A DNA stretch of 64,000 nucleotides, filler included, from Asterionella formosa (lineage: Eukaryota): assembly GCA_002256025.1 (NCBI GenBank). It is 15 parts of 15 records of this genome, joined end to end, with 100 filler letters (N's around TTAATTAATTAA, not from the genome) between each part and the next. Parts side by side here need not be neighbours in the genome. Positions count along the whole stretch, not along the records: positions 1 to 22,396 come from NKIB01002752.1; positions 22,497 to 44,878 come from NKIB01002757.1; 13 more parts are not named here. One strand, 5' to 3'. Position numbers and translations under genes: made by a program. The notes beneath the pieces were generated by a model, which saw nothing but the letters and a program-made list of their open reading frames with translations, was not told the DNA's origin and did not search any database. Below, in pieces: positions 11,326-22,689 of this stretch (the stretch's first letter is position 1; each line of letters begins with the position of its first letter).

Positions 11326-12780
11326 ACTTCTTGTTGGTGAGCTAGAATCATAGGCAACAAAATAAGTACATCGGTCTCTCGATTAATCCTTACTTGACCC
11401 GAATAGGACTGTGTGGAAAGCGAGCAATTGCGATGATAAAAAAAATGAATGAAGCGAATTTCCGTGCCTGGTGAGTATCAGTCGTACAATAAGCAGCGTC
11501 GGATTCTTTTCATCGACAAACATCTTAAAACTGCATGGACACGTCAACTTGAATACCATGCCTCGTAAAACTGCTTGGACACGTCACAGAGAAAATCGGA
11601 TGTTTTCGTTTCGTTTCCATGTCCTCCTTTAATATGGCTGGCACACAAAAGATGCTGAGGTGGCGGAATGCGTCAACATTGAACTAGGACTTTCATGTAG
11701 AATCGTTTGTGGAAAAATTCATTTTACTTATCGGTCCACTTACTTCAATGACAGTGTCCGACGTTGTTAAGAGATACCGGTATGTATCCCGAAAATCAAA
11801 AGCATCCGAGGGGCGATATGAAAACTGGGATTCAATCATGAGCTCGTGGCCATTTCAACAAAACGGTATTGCGGAAAGTCGGTTTTTTATATGGTTTTGC
11901 GATGAACATGTTCATTAGGTGTATGTAACAGTACATACCGCTAGTGGGCGCGCTGTGGTGTGTTCGAACACAAATCATTGTATCCATAATCCAAAATTTC
12001 TGTTGTGTTAACCAAATTTAACAGTGTGTACGTAAATACATAAAAATATGATGGTTATGCATCATACATGACTACATATAATTTCCAGGAATATTTCATG
12101 ACTTGCTTTGGGCATAACAAAATGACTTGCTCTTGCCAAAATAGGTACTATGCATGTGTATACTGCTACACAGCAATCACCCTTTTTGATCTATGAATCC
12201 ATCAATCATAATCTGCTGCTTTAGATTGCAACAATTTCATCATCATCCCCCCTTCAGGTCAAAGGAGACCAGCCAGAGGGTTTTCCCTTCCCCTCCAAGG
12301 CTGATAGTATGTCACTGTCTCCAGAAAGAGCAACACTCGGAATCAGAAGAAGAGGAAGATGAGGAAGACAATGGAGATGGAGATGACACCACTGCCAGCA
12401 ACGATGACAGCAGGTTTGGTGGTTCCAGTGTCACTAAGACAGCTTGATGTCTCACAGTCTCCATCAACAGGGAATGGCAAAGAATTTTGAAGCCCTAGTT
12501 GTGCTTCTGCAAGAAGAACAAGCAGTGGTGTCAAAAACGACAGTCACAAACTTCCACCAGTTTTTCCAAGGGCATGCCAAAACCTCCAAACTACTTAGAA
12601 TGAGCAGTTTTGAGCGACTCAATTGGGTTGTTTCATTGTTAGTTTTTGTTTCGAATCATGTGCCAATTGTACCTCATGCATGGAAATGTTGCTGCTGAAC
12701 AGAACGAAAATTTTCCAAACAAGAAGGATAGAACTGAAAGTTCGATTTGGTGAAAAAAATTAGCACTCCACAAAGTTCCA

Positions 12781-13569
12781 GCCCCAGCTTCACCCTAGTT
12801 TGGAGAAAATATCATTAGGGGCGGGTGTAAAAACGGCGTGGAACAGGGAGATTCCTACTGTGAATTCCCATTATTCAAGTGTCCATTTGAATATTTGAAT
12901 TAAATAGGAATCGGCGCCAGATTGATAGAGTTTCATTTTTAAGAAACGAAAATGATATGATTTAAGCATTAATACTATATCTACGTTGCTGAATGTAGAC
13001 ATGATTTTGATCAATGCCAAAACACATTTATAAATCAGGAGTATGCCAATGACATGTTTGCTTATTGTTCGTGTTAATACACTATATTCAATCTACGCTG
13101 CTGCCTGCTGGTATGTACTCCCTACCTGGTATACCCGAAATCATACATGACGCATTTGCATGATAATGTCGTGCGCCTAAATAATTTGCCATCTCCGTAG
13201 AAGTTAATCCCAAGACAAGATATACCATATTGTAGCAAATGAGGTGAAGGATCAAATCAATAGTATCCAAATATTTGTATAGATCGTCTTATATCATATG
13301 ATGCGGTGACTTCTAAACTTACCCTAATCCGTGTTCTTCATGATTTTTCGGTCGATCGACAATTTCACGCAATCTATCGAGATGAAGAACAACTTGCTCC
13401 AAATCTCAAACTAATTAGGTACATAGCTGAAAATCCTATTTGCTTGGGAAGGAGCCAGTACTCTCAAAATTTACATTTATTTAAATTTTGATTGCCAAAC
13501 GTGTTGTTCAATGGGTCACGGCAGTTCAAAAAAATTCTCAATGGGTCATGGCAGTTTTTTGCTGGTACC
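12781..13569 (+). mobile_element. Non-autonomous repeat, copy A
   Basis: 12781-12950 and 12995-13098 align by eye with 26663-26830 and 27950-28049; 13497-13569 is the reverse complement of 26575-26638 (probable terminal repeat). Confidence 0.65.
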
Positions 13570-13684
13570 AAAATTCTGCCAGATGGCCACCATCTGCGGA
13601 GTCTGCACCACCTGCTCCCTTGGCGTACTGCAGAGGCAACCATCCGTTGCTATCATTGCTTTGAGCTCCCCAGGTACAAGGGTA

Positions 13685-13780
13685 CCTGCAAGTTGCGGTC
13701 ATTTTGCTTAAACTAACATTTGAATCTGGGATAAAGATAGCTAAATCTTTAATTTCAGCAAAATTACCGCAACTTGCTGT
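13685..13780. mobile_element. 96-bp MITE, TA-flanked (Tc1/mariner-type)
   Basis: TA|CCTGCAAGTTGCGGTCATTTTGCT ... AGCAAAATTACCGCAACTTGCTGT|TA; further copies at 63015-63109 and ~61200-61293. Confidence 0.8.
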
Positions 13781-14269
13781 TACCAGGTAGTGTCCACTGG
13801 TTCCATCCTGCTTAGCCTATATAGCACGTACGGGATATGAAGCAAATGTGAGTTATTATTTTAGCCTTCGCATCGCTCAACGCTCTCGTCATCAATTTGT
13901 TATCCGCGCGCCCGCGTTCAAATAAAATGTCGATTAATTTTATTACGAACTCTGGAGCACTGTCTATACCCGGTACTGGTACCTGGCACTGTACAACCCT
14001 GTTGTTGGAGTACCGTAAAACGTCACGTGAACAACAAAGAAAATATGTCAGCATAAATTAGTTCTTGTTTACATCCTCCACCTCCGGCTCTCGCATCTCC
14101 TCCTCCTCCTCTTTCCTTCCTTGCTTTTCCATATTTTCTTCTCTCTCTCTCTTTCATTCTCACAAGAGATACCCAACAGATCTTTCCAGTGAAAGAAGGA
14201 AACAAGGAACGGAACGGAACGGAACAGAACAGATCAAACCGAAACTGAAACTGAGAACAGTCATTCACA

Positions 14270-16951
14270 ATGTCTTACGAGCCACAACGAACTCATGATG
14301 CCTATGACTATAATGACAATGATGATGGCTCTACAGATCATTTGGCATTCGTCGAAAGTTCTGGATATCTAGGAGAACGAATGCGTCAACGGAAACGAAT
14401 TCGATGTGCCATACTTGCCCTACCACTATTGATTGTTGGATTGATTGTTGCTGCTGCTCTTACTGCTTTCCAGAAAGGTTCAACAAGTCCTGCTACTGGT
14501 AGTACTTATAGTCATCAACAGATTACCATTCCCTCACCACCATCAGACTTGGCAACCAAATGCAGTATCGACAATGTCCAAACGACTGCTGGGAAGCGAG
14601 AATGTCGTATGATTTGTGAACCTGCAGAATGTTGTGACTTCCCATCGAATCTTGCCTTGTCATGTTTGGTTGGCAATGAAGACAAATGCCATGTCTATCA
14701 TTCACATTGTCACGTACAAGTGAAGGGCGTTGTTGACATGACGAAGGATATCCCACCACCAGCACCCAAGGACTTGGGATCCGTATGTTCCTCAACTGCT
14801 ATTGCAACAATTGATGGGTTTACTCAATGTCAATCTCATTGTGCTAGAGCATCATGTTGCTTTGACAAGTCAGTGGCAGTATGTCAACTTGATGTATGTA
14901 CAGGCTATGCACCATGCTTAGTTTTGGGAGCAACCAATTATGTACATTCAAAGATTCCCATTGAAATTGATAACGTGTGTGCGGGAGAACAACTACTGTC
15001 CTTGGAGGGAAGGACTCAATGTAAAGCAGCATGTTCCCATGCATTGTGCTGTTTCACTACAGAGGGATGTTCGCATCATGACAACAATGACGAGTCGTTA
15101 TATTGTGATCAATATGAAAAATGTAATGAGTTGGAACAAAACTTGTATGCCATTGCTTCAGCAAAAGAAATTAAATCTGAATGCATGAAATCTGTCACTG
15201 AATATACTCACATGTCCTTGTGTGAAGTGGAATGTGAACGTGGTGCATGTTGTTTCCGTTCTGAAGGATGTGATGACTTGTTTCCTGATGTTGATTGTAG
15301 TATATATGAGCCATGCAAGTTTTTATTTGATAGTGGTACTGGAAGTGACACTACGACAACAAAGACAAAGAAGGATAACAATGATGATGCAAATGCAAAC
15401 AATGGAATCATTCTTAGAAGTGATGTCGATGATGTCTGCATTGGATATGATCCTGCTGGGAAGAATACGGATACCATGCCCTGTGCCAAAATATGCAAAG
15501 GTGCCAAATGCTGCTTTGATTCTTCTGTGGATTGTGCAACTGATGGATTGATCTGTAGTGTCTATTCTGCATGCAAGGTCATTTATCACGGTGATACTGA
15601 TGATCTTACGTTTCCTCAAACAACTGGCACAACAAAAGGGAACAAGGACGAATCGACTTCAGCAATAACCTCTAGTGGACCCGACGCCGACGCCATCAAA
15701 GCAGCCTGCTATGATCCCAATGGCGACTTATCCACTGATACAGCAAGTTTGGCACTTTGTGAGGAAACATGCCGACCTGGAGAGTGTTGCTTTTCTCACG
15801 GAGGATGCACCGACTCAAATACCAACTGTCGTGTTTACTCTCCTTGTACGTTTTTCTTTAGTGATGGTAATGGTCCTACAGCAGGTCACACTGTGGCATC
15901 TACATTGAAGCCGTCTGATTTCACCAAGGCGGACATTATTGCGGCTTGTAAGGATATTGGCAGTGTCTCGTCAATGTGCAAAAATATCTGCAAAGCTGGA
16001 GCCTGTTGCTTTGATGCGAGCATGGAATGTCCAGTTGGTTCTATATGTGAAAACTATGCAAACTGCCCTAGTGCTCGTCGTCTACAAGAAGATGACGGCA
16101 ATAATAACCTGAATTTTGTTGCCGACGACCTTCCTCCAATTCGCATATTGGGAGGAAAGGACCTAAAAGACATACTGACTGAAGTATGTATGGAAGGTAA
16201 GAATGATGATGATCATTTGGAGACCTGCCAAACACTCTGCCAAAAGGGAAAATGTTGTTTTGCGAATAATAAATGTGAAGCTCCCGAGGATGTGCAATGT
16301 GAGGATTACTTGCCTTGCTTTGTTCTTTATGGTCCGACAGAGGACGATGACACTATCGTTGAGCTCAAAGAGGAGGCAACGAGTGACTTTGCTCATGCGT
16401 CCGAAGTTGCCGATGAAGAAATGAAAACAGGACATTCACCAATTGTGCACGAGAATTTGACTTACGAAATGGTCCAAACGGCTTGTACAGATCACGAATC
16501 ACTTCACCTCCCAGGGATGCCTTCCATGTGTGTGCAGTATTGCTCCCAAGGTATTTGTTGTTTTGACGAGGAACAAGATTGTGGCGATGATGTGAACTGT
16601 TCCATCTACGTGCCTTGTGCTTCGCCGTCGACATCCTTCGCCAGTGTCATTGCGAACATCAAGTCACCGTCATCTTTCACCTCCATTTCACCTGCCGAGC
16701 CTATCACAACAGTACCCAAGCCTGTTGATGAGGATGCTATTGAGAAAATGAAGGTCGATGAAGCATGTGATGGATCTGACATGAGCCATTGTGTACGGAA
16801 ATGTGTTGAAGCTGCATGTTGCTACGCATTGACAGAGACTGAATCTTGCAAAAATACGCATCCATACCTAAACTGTGATGTGTATACTTCATGTGACGGT
16901 GTTTACGGACGCGAAGCAGATGATGGCGAACAAGACAGTGGTCGTCTGTAA
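14270..16951 (+). CDS. Type II membrane protein with ~11 Cys-rich repeats
   Basis: 893-aa ORF; single N-proximal TM; repeated C...CxxxCxxxxCC(F/Y/D)...C...CxxYxxC module. Confidence 0.85.
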   Translation: MSYEPQRTHDAYDYNDNDDGSTDHLAFVESSGYLGERMRQRKRIRCAILALPLLIVGLIVAAALTAFQKGSTSPATGSTYSHQQITIPSPPSDLATKCSIDNVQTTAGKRECRMICEPAECCDFPSNLALSCLVGNEDKCHVYHSHCHVQVKGVVDMTKDIPPPAPKDLGSVCSSTAIATIDGFTQCQSHCARASCCFDKSVAVCQLDVCTGYAPCLVLGATNYVHSKIPIEIDNVCAGEQLLSLEGRTQCKAACSHALCCFTTEGCSHHDNNDESLYCDQYEKCNELEQNLYAIASAKEIKSECMKSVTEYTHMSLCEVECERGACCFRSEGCDDLFPDVDCSIYEPCKFLFDSGTGSDTTTTKTKKDNNDDANANNGIILRSDVDDVCIGYDPAGKNTDTMPCAKICKGAKCCFDSSVDCATDGLICSVYSACKVIYHGDTDDLTFPQTTGTTKGNKDESTSAITSSGPDADAIKAACYDPNGDLSTDTASLALCEETCRPGECCFSHGGCTDSNTNCRVYSPCTFFFSDGNGPTAGHTVASTLKPSDFTKADIIAACKDIGSVSSMCKNICKAGACCFDASMECPVGSICENYANCPSARRLQEDDGNNNLNFVADDLPPIRILGGKDLKDILTEVCMEGKNDDDHLETCQTLCQKGKCCFANNKCEAPEDVQCEDYLPCFVLYGPTEDDDTIVELKEEATSDFAHASEVADEEMKTGHSPIVHENLTYEMVQTACTDHESLHLPGMPSMCVQYCSQGICCFDEEQDCGDDVNCSIYVPCASPSTSFASVIANIKSPSSFTSISPAEPITTVPKPVDEDAIEKMKVDEACDGSDMSHCVRKCVEAACCYALTETESCKNTHPYLNCDVYTSCDGVYGREADDGEQDSGRL

Positions 16952-17260
16952 TTCGTGTGATGATGACTTGATGACTAGAGTTTCTACATGTGCTCTATCT
17001 AAAATTGGAAGGATGAAATGCATTAGTCTTTTCATTGATAATTTATAATTACAAAATGTTTTGAATAGATAAAGTATACATGGTATTCAAAATGAACGAT
17101 AATTAACATTCGTTTTTTTTTGTTACTGCTATGTTCCAATCACTTGATAAGGAAACCGAGTATAGATCAATTAAAATGTAATAACTTTGAAGGTGCTGAC
17201 TGCAATGGCATGATATGCATGCAACATGTCTATCAGCAGGACTCTCTTCAGACAACATCC

Positions 17261-18941
17261 TCAACCTCCACAACCCCCGCCCCCGCCCCCACCTCCGCAA
17301 CCTCCTCCACCACCTCCACTTCCACCGCCACAACCTCCACCACTACCACCACCACATCCGCCCCCACCTGCACCACCGCAAGCCGATGCTCCTCCAACAT
17401 CAGCAGAGCAGGCAACAGCTCCACCGCAAGCACCACCACATGAATCCCAAACAATTGCGGGGTATAACCATAACCCTGTGGAATCGGTGTATGTGTTTGA
17501 ATCGCGCCCCACTACTCCTCGTGGACTGGCAGCTCTGGACCGAGCGGAAATCTCATTGTAGACATCCATGTGGCGTTGCAATTCAGCTCGCTTCTCTTTC
17601 ACTACTTCTTCCCTCTTTTGGCCACAGCAACATTCTTCCATGGCTATATCAGAATTCAACTTGCGGATCCTGAACTGAAGTCTTGAGAGCATTATTGTGT
17701 AGGCTTCCTTGGTCTCAAGATGGTAATAACCAACTTTGTTGTTAACTTTGCCAAGTACATAGTTATCTTTGTGTTCTTCGTTTTTGAGCAATGTACGGTT
17801 CCCTGTCTTTGCATTTGGAGCGATGAAGGCAGGAGATCCATCAGAGGCCTTACCAGAGAGAGTTGCCCATTTTGAAGGTGGTGAAAAACTGTTTGGGGAT
17901 GTTGAGGAAGCGCCCATTTCCCGTTCCACCACCACCAACTTAGGAGCTAGTGTAGGCGTCCATGTTGCACTGTAATAGGAGACTGGAGGTTCTCCTCGGT
18001 ACATACCACCTTCCACAACATAGTCGGTACCAAACTCCTCAAGCCACATTTGCTTGGTTGATTGATAGGAAAGATCCAAAATGGCACCTTCGGTGCGATC
18101 GTCCAATGAATCGTCGTGGTGCAAGGTTGAGCCCATGAGGGCCTTGCAGTCAGAGTTGTATCCAGCAATCGAAGAGAGCATGTGAGTGTGCCACATCATA
18201 TCGATTTGACTGCAAGAAGAAAAAGTAGGAATGCATAGGTAAGGACGAATATGGGAAGGGCAAGAAAAGATATCAATGCAATGATGAAGTTTTCATCAAG
18301 TGGCTAACGTACAATGTTGGTACCAATATTTTCCGCTGTTGCTGTGCTCTTGGCTTCAAGAGGAGAAATTTCCAGTAGTTTAGTACCCCCTGCTCCAAAA
18401 ACTCCATATCCTCGAAAGAAGAAGACGAAACTTGCCAAAGAAAACCTGCTTGACGCTCCGAAGATCCCAACAAGTCGAAACCTGCCAGGAGTGAAAGTGG
18501 TAGTAGCTCTGGAGGACGAGTTTCTCCAACCTGGTTCTTGTCAGCAAAGAATAACTCATCGGGGAATTCTCTTTTCCAAAGATGTTGAGTCATCAAGGAA
18601 TCTTGGGAGTAGGTTCCTGCTTCTGCATGTTGCAACGCAAAAGGTGTAGTGGCCTCCAGAAGGATACCGAATCTTCCGATGACGTATTCTTCGTAGCTCT
18701 TAGGGGCAAGGCGGTGACAGTGCCACAACCAGGCCACATCAACAGGAGGAATCAAGGGCAAGTCTGGGTGTTTCTTCACCAGAGGGAGCCAAAAATCAAG
18801 GTATCGCCTAATCGAAAGCAAGGATTGTGGCTTGAGGGAGGCGCCAAGCTCATGGGTCGTTTGGAGAAACCACTTGAGCTTCAAGGAATTTTCAATCAAG
18901 TCGACGGAGAAAGGAGATTCTGAAGTGGGGGAGGCCTTCAT
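17261..18941 (-). CDS. Glycine-rich domain-containing protein (GRDP/DUF1399-like), 2 exons (intron 18210-18312)
   Basis: PPVDVAWLWHCHRLAP and spliced VPTFQIDMMWHTH motifs, HDDS motif, C-terminal GGCGG tail. Confidence 0.85.
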
Positions 18942-19557
18942 TCTGGTGGGATTTTGAAGAAGTGTAAACAGATTTGGATGCGAACGAAGAAAAAAATATC
19001 GCCTCTTTACTGAAATTTTCAATTTATGAGAGACAGGGATGATCTTTGTTACTTTCGTAATTTCTTGGTCCCCATGTTCTTTTGAAGGCTCGCACGACTA
19101 GTGAAAGCTCTCTTTCTTATCGACCTCGTTTGCATTTACCTCTTTGTTTGCTAAATGTATACTCCATCGTGACTTTCGCTAGCTATAGGCTAGGAAATAT
19201 GAAGATTACAACGTTATTTTATTGTTGTGTAGCTCGTCGTAGGTTTGTTTGACGAGGACAAGGAAATACAGTATTGTTATACCTAATAATACAGAGTGAA
19301 CGGCAATATATTTAGGGACGATTATTCTTGGCCGATATAAAGGTAGGCAGTACTAACATAGATCTCAGTTGAATGAAATTATGTGATGTATTATAGTACC
19401 GGTATTGATTATTTGATACTCCCAGTTACGACCGTATCTATGTTGTCAAATTAAATCATCATGCAATTAGTTCCAAGCCTACCAATGACATGCTAATTTC
19501 TCGGCCTCCTTTCTTCGAAGTATGTTTTGTCTATATACACATAAATATCCTCCTTAT

Positions 19558-21063
19558 TTACTCTTCATCAATTGCTCCATTCGTCGTCTTCCACATGACA
19601 CGGCCCTTGTCCTGGATGGGTTCATAGTGAGTTGGGAATGGTCGCATACTGGTCTTGCCCACCATAATGTCTACTGTCTTTCTGAGTCGTTCCCACACAT
19701 TCTCATTGACATAGGGGACACCATATTTGTCACAGATGGCTTGTAGTTTCGGAGCCCCCTTTTGATATTGCAGCATACTCAAATCCGGCCAAACATGATG
19801 TTCAATTTGATAATTCAAGAATCCATGCATAAAGTCCAACCCATCAGTGCCACCAGGATAATTGACAGACCCAACAATTTGCCGCACGTAAAAGGCTCCT
19901 GTCTTGGGTTTGACTTGATCATCAAAGGCATACACATCCTCCCCCGCGTGATTGGTAACAATAGTAATAAATCCATGAATGTTGGTAAGCAATTCTGCCA
20001 ACACCAAGTTCATAATGGCATGACCGAAAAGTGTTGTTCCAACAGTTGGAATGGCCAACAGGGGCAGTGGGAGCAACACAAATCGACTCACGAAGAATGG
20101 TCCCCACACCTTGAGCAACAAGTCCATGGGTTTGACCACCTCCCGAACAGTTCGTTGATGTGCTTTGGGAAAAAGTAAACTCAAAACAGTAATTGCCTCC
20201 GTAGGATCAAAGTCATCTGGTAATGGTATTCCTTGTTTCTTTCGCTCATTGATACATAGTTCCTTGTATGTGTTGGGGGCGTAATAGAACCATTTCCAGA
20301 TTGGAATCAACGCCCCGACGGCGAGGTATCGAATCGCAAGAGGTATGGATGACTCACGCATAAACTCCAAATTGCGCTGTACGAGGTCAGGATCTTTTGT
20401 TTCTCCCAAATGATAGTGATGCAATCGATTGTGTTCAATGTTCCATGCTTCTGGTTGCATCCAATCGCACCAATCGGCAACACGACGCCACACACTCCCA
20501 AGAGCAAAGCCTCGCGACGTGTACTTGTCTCCAGTATTCATGACACGATTGTAACCACCATGGCAAGTGTGATGAGCAATCATAGTCCAACTGGAGTATG
20601 TCCACGTCGACAATGCAAGGACAGAAATGGGATTGAGTGGCAACCACATGGTGGCAATGCCAACAAGAGCACATAGATTTCGCCAAAGGACGATCTTGTT
20701 CAAATGTTCAACATCAGCAGGTCCACTGTCCTGCAGAAGCTCTTTGCCTAGGGATGTAACTTCTTTGGCAAAGCCTTGGTAGTCCAGAGTCGCGATCCAG
20801 TCATCGTGACTCGGTAGTACGGGGCGGAGGGCGGAGGATGGCTCGATGGTGGTGGTGGCAGTGTCCATGCGTTCAGGAGTCGCGATAGTCGCCGAACTGA
20901 GGGGGGAGGAAGATACTGTTGCGGCTGAAACTTGCTGGCGAACAGCAGAGTCATGACGACGAGCATGATTCCGATGGCCAATGACTGCAAAAGGCGGGGA
21001 AAAGGCAGCAATGCCAAATTGTGAGGCGCTCGCCAGAATAAATGCGCTTATAAGGAGTCTCAT
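19558..21063 (-). CDS. Membrane fatty acid desaturase family protein, predicted plastid-targeted
   Basis: His boxes HHTCH, HNRLHH, QIEHH; signal peptide ending IAA|FSP followed by transit-like peptide; no cytochrome b5 (HPGG) domain. Confidence 0.88.
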   Translation of the reverse strand: MRLLISAFILASASQFGIAAFSPPFAVIGHRNHARRHDSAVRQQVSAATVSSSPLSSATIATPERMDTATTTIEPSSALRPVLPSHDDWIATLDYQGFAKEVTSLGKELLQDSGPADVEHLNKIVLWRNLCALVGIATMWLPLNPISVLALSTWTYSSWTMIAHHTCHGGYNRVMNTGDKYTSRGFALGSVWRRVADWCDWMQPEAWNIEHNRLHHYHLGETKDPDLVQRNLEFMRESSIPLAIRYLAVGALIPIWKWFYYAPNTYKELCINERKKQGIPLPDDFDPTEAITVLSLLFPKAHQRTVREVVKPMDLLLKVWGPFFVSRFVLLPLPLLAIPTVGTTLFGHAIMNLVLAELLTNIHGFITIVTNHAGEDVYAFDDQVKPKTGAFYVRQIVGSVNYPGGTDGLDFMHGFLNYQIEHHVWPDLSMLQYQKGAPKLQAICDKYGVPYVNENVWERLRKTVDIMVGKTSMRPFPTHYEPIQDKGRVMWKTTNGAIDEE

Positions 21064-21842
21064 TGTTATAAACAAAGTCCAACTCGCGCTCTATTACTTC
21101 GTCTTGGTGAAGCTGTGCTGTAGACCGGAAGAGTAGTTTATGGATGTTTGTAGAAATATGAAAATAATTCAATGAATTGTGTGGAGTATGAAGATGTGCC
21201 GACAAAAGAAGAAGAACGAAAGCAGAAAGAAAATCGTAAAAAAATGTTCTGTGGTCGACTCGACGCACGTGGTGGAAAAAGCCACAAGCAAGGATGTCCC
21301 ATCGGTGCCAGGTATACCTGGTACCAGGTACCACTTAAAAACTGTAAGCCACCGCTACGGCGACTTTTGAACTGTAAGCCACCGCTAAACGGAGTAAACG
21401 CACGGTTTGAACTTAGTTTACAAGATACGCTATTTATTGTCACGAACGAGTTGTTCAGATTTATATAGCGAGTAAATACTTCCGTACTTGTATTGTTGCA
21501 TTGTGTACATTGTTAATTAGGTATTATCGCCCAAAGGTTGCTGTCGACGTGAAATTGCGAAAATTGGATATTTTCACGTTTACTCGATTGAGCAAGCATC
21601 ACCTTTTATATACGTATTCAGGTATGTCAATATTCCTCCGCTAGAAAACTAATTTAGTATCCTCTAAAATTTATTTAATATGACTACGACGGCATTGCGC
21701 TTTCGCTCGTGCGCCATAATAAAGAGATAATTTCATTAATGGAAAACGTCAAATAGGAATTCCTGGTGCGCCCGAATTATGAGTACAAAAATTAAATGCA
21801 AACACACAACAATCACCCATCACCCATCACAACACCAACACC

Positions 21843-22396
21843 ATGACATCGAAAGCGCCTCGACAAGGCAATGCCTTGCCTCGAAAGAAATTGTCTCCTG
21901 AAGAGTTGGTCAGTGTTCAGTTTTGTCTTAACAATGTGATTAGGGAGCTATAAGCTAAGAAGGCTAAGAATGGTGGAAAAATGCCTTATGGTGCTATTTC
22001 TAGGACAGTATCAGCTAAGCAATGCATTTTCCCTTGGATATCTGTTAACCAAGTGAAGAATGAACTAAAACAAATTGCTAAACTAGAAGTTAAGTCTAGT
22101 ACTACTAGTATGTATACTACTTCTGGTTCGTCCCTCTTTCAGCCATCAACTGCAACCATGGTGTCTACATTGACACCTGACCATTGTGGCCCTACTAAAC
22201 CCCAACTCTTGAATGCTGATGGCAGCTTTGCCTTGTTATTTCCCAGTAATCTCATTCATAATTCATATAAAATTGTCGAGGAGGAAGAAGATGACAACAA
22301 TGAAGGTGTGAGTGAGCATTATGATAGTCAGTTTACAATGATGGGCACTTTGGCATATGAAACTGGAAACAATGGTGTGCTTACCTGGGGAAGTTT
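21843..22396 (+). pseudogene. Interrupted ORF, possibly a transposase N-terminal relic
   Basis: Frame from ATG 21843 has an in-frame TAA (~21951) then GGKMPYGAI...FPWISVNQVKN; truncated by contig end. Family call is from weak recollection. Confidence 0.3.
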
Positions 22397-22496
22397 NNNN
22401 NNNNNNNNNNNNNNNNNNNNNNNNNNNNNNNNNNNNNNNNTTAATTAATTAANNNNNNNNNNNNNNNNNNNNNNNNNNNNNNNNNNNNNNNNNNNN
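22397..22496. other. Artificial contig spacer; 13 more start at 44879, 46355, 47830, 49305, 50780, 52254, 53727, 55201, 56675, 58149, 59623, 61096, 62569
   Basis: Identical 100-bp N-TTAATTAATTAA-N linker with stops in all six frames. Confidence 0.98.
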
Positions 22497-22689
22497 TTTT
22501 GGTTTGTGCTGGGCAAACTTTGTCTGTATTGACACTGTCGACACACTTATCTGAAAAGGCCCCATCTGCTTCCAGCATGAGCTGCATAGGCCCCCATCCA
22601 AAGAAGGCACCTGCAAACGCTACGGTGTAGAACGCCGAGAAGACAAACAGTCCCAAGCGAGCTTCGTACAACGCCTTGGAGGCGCTCAT
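22497..22689 (-). CDS. 5' fragment of MFS transporter (SLC43/LAT3-like)
   Basis: AGAFFGWGPMQLMLEADGAFSDKC resembles TM1 of SLC43-type transporters; cut by the spacer. Confidence 0.7.

Noticed and set aside
17103..17673. Pro-, His- and Thr-rich ORFs
   Set aside because: Shadow frames of the Gly-rich GRDP tail.
21340..21387. 18-bp direct repeat AACTGTAAGCCACCGCTA x2 as a mini-CRISPR
   Set aside because: Only two units, 12-bp spacer, eukaryotic context, no cas genes.
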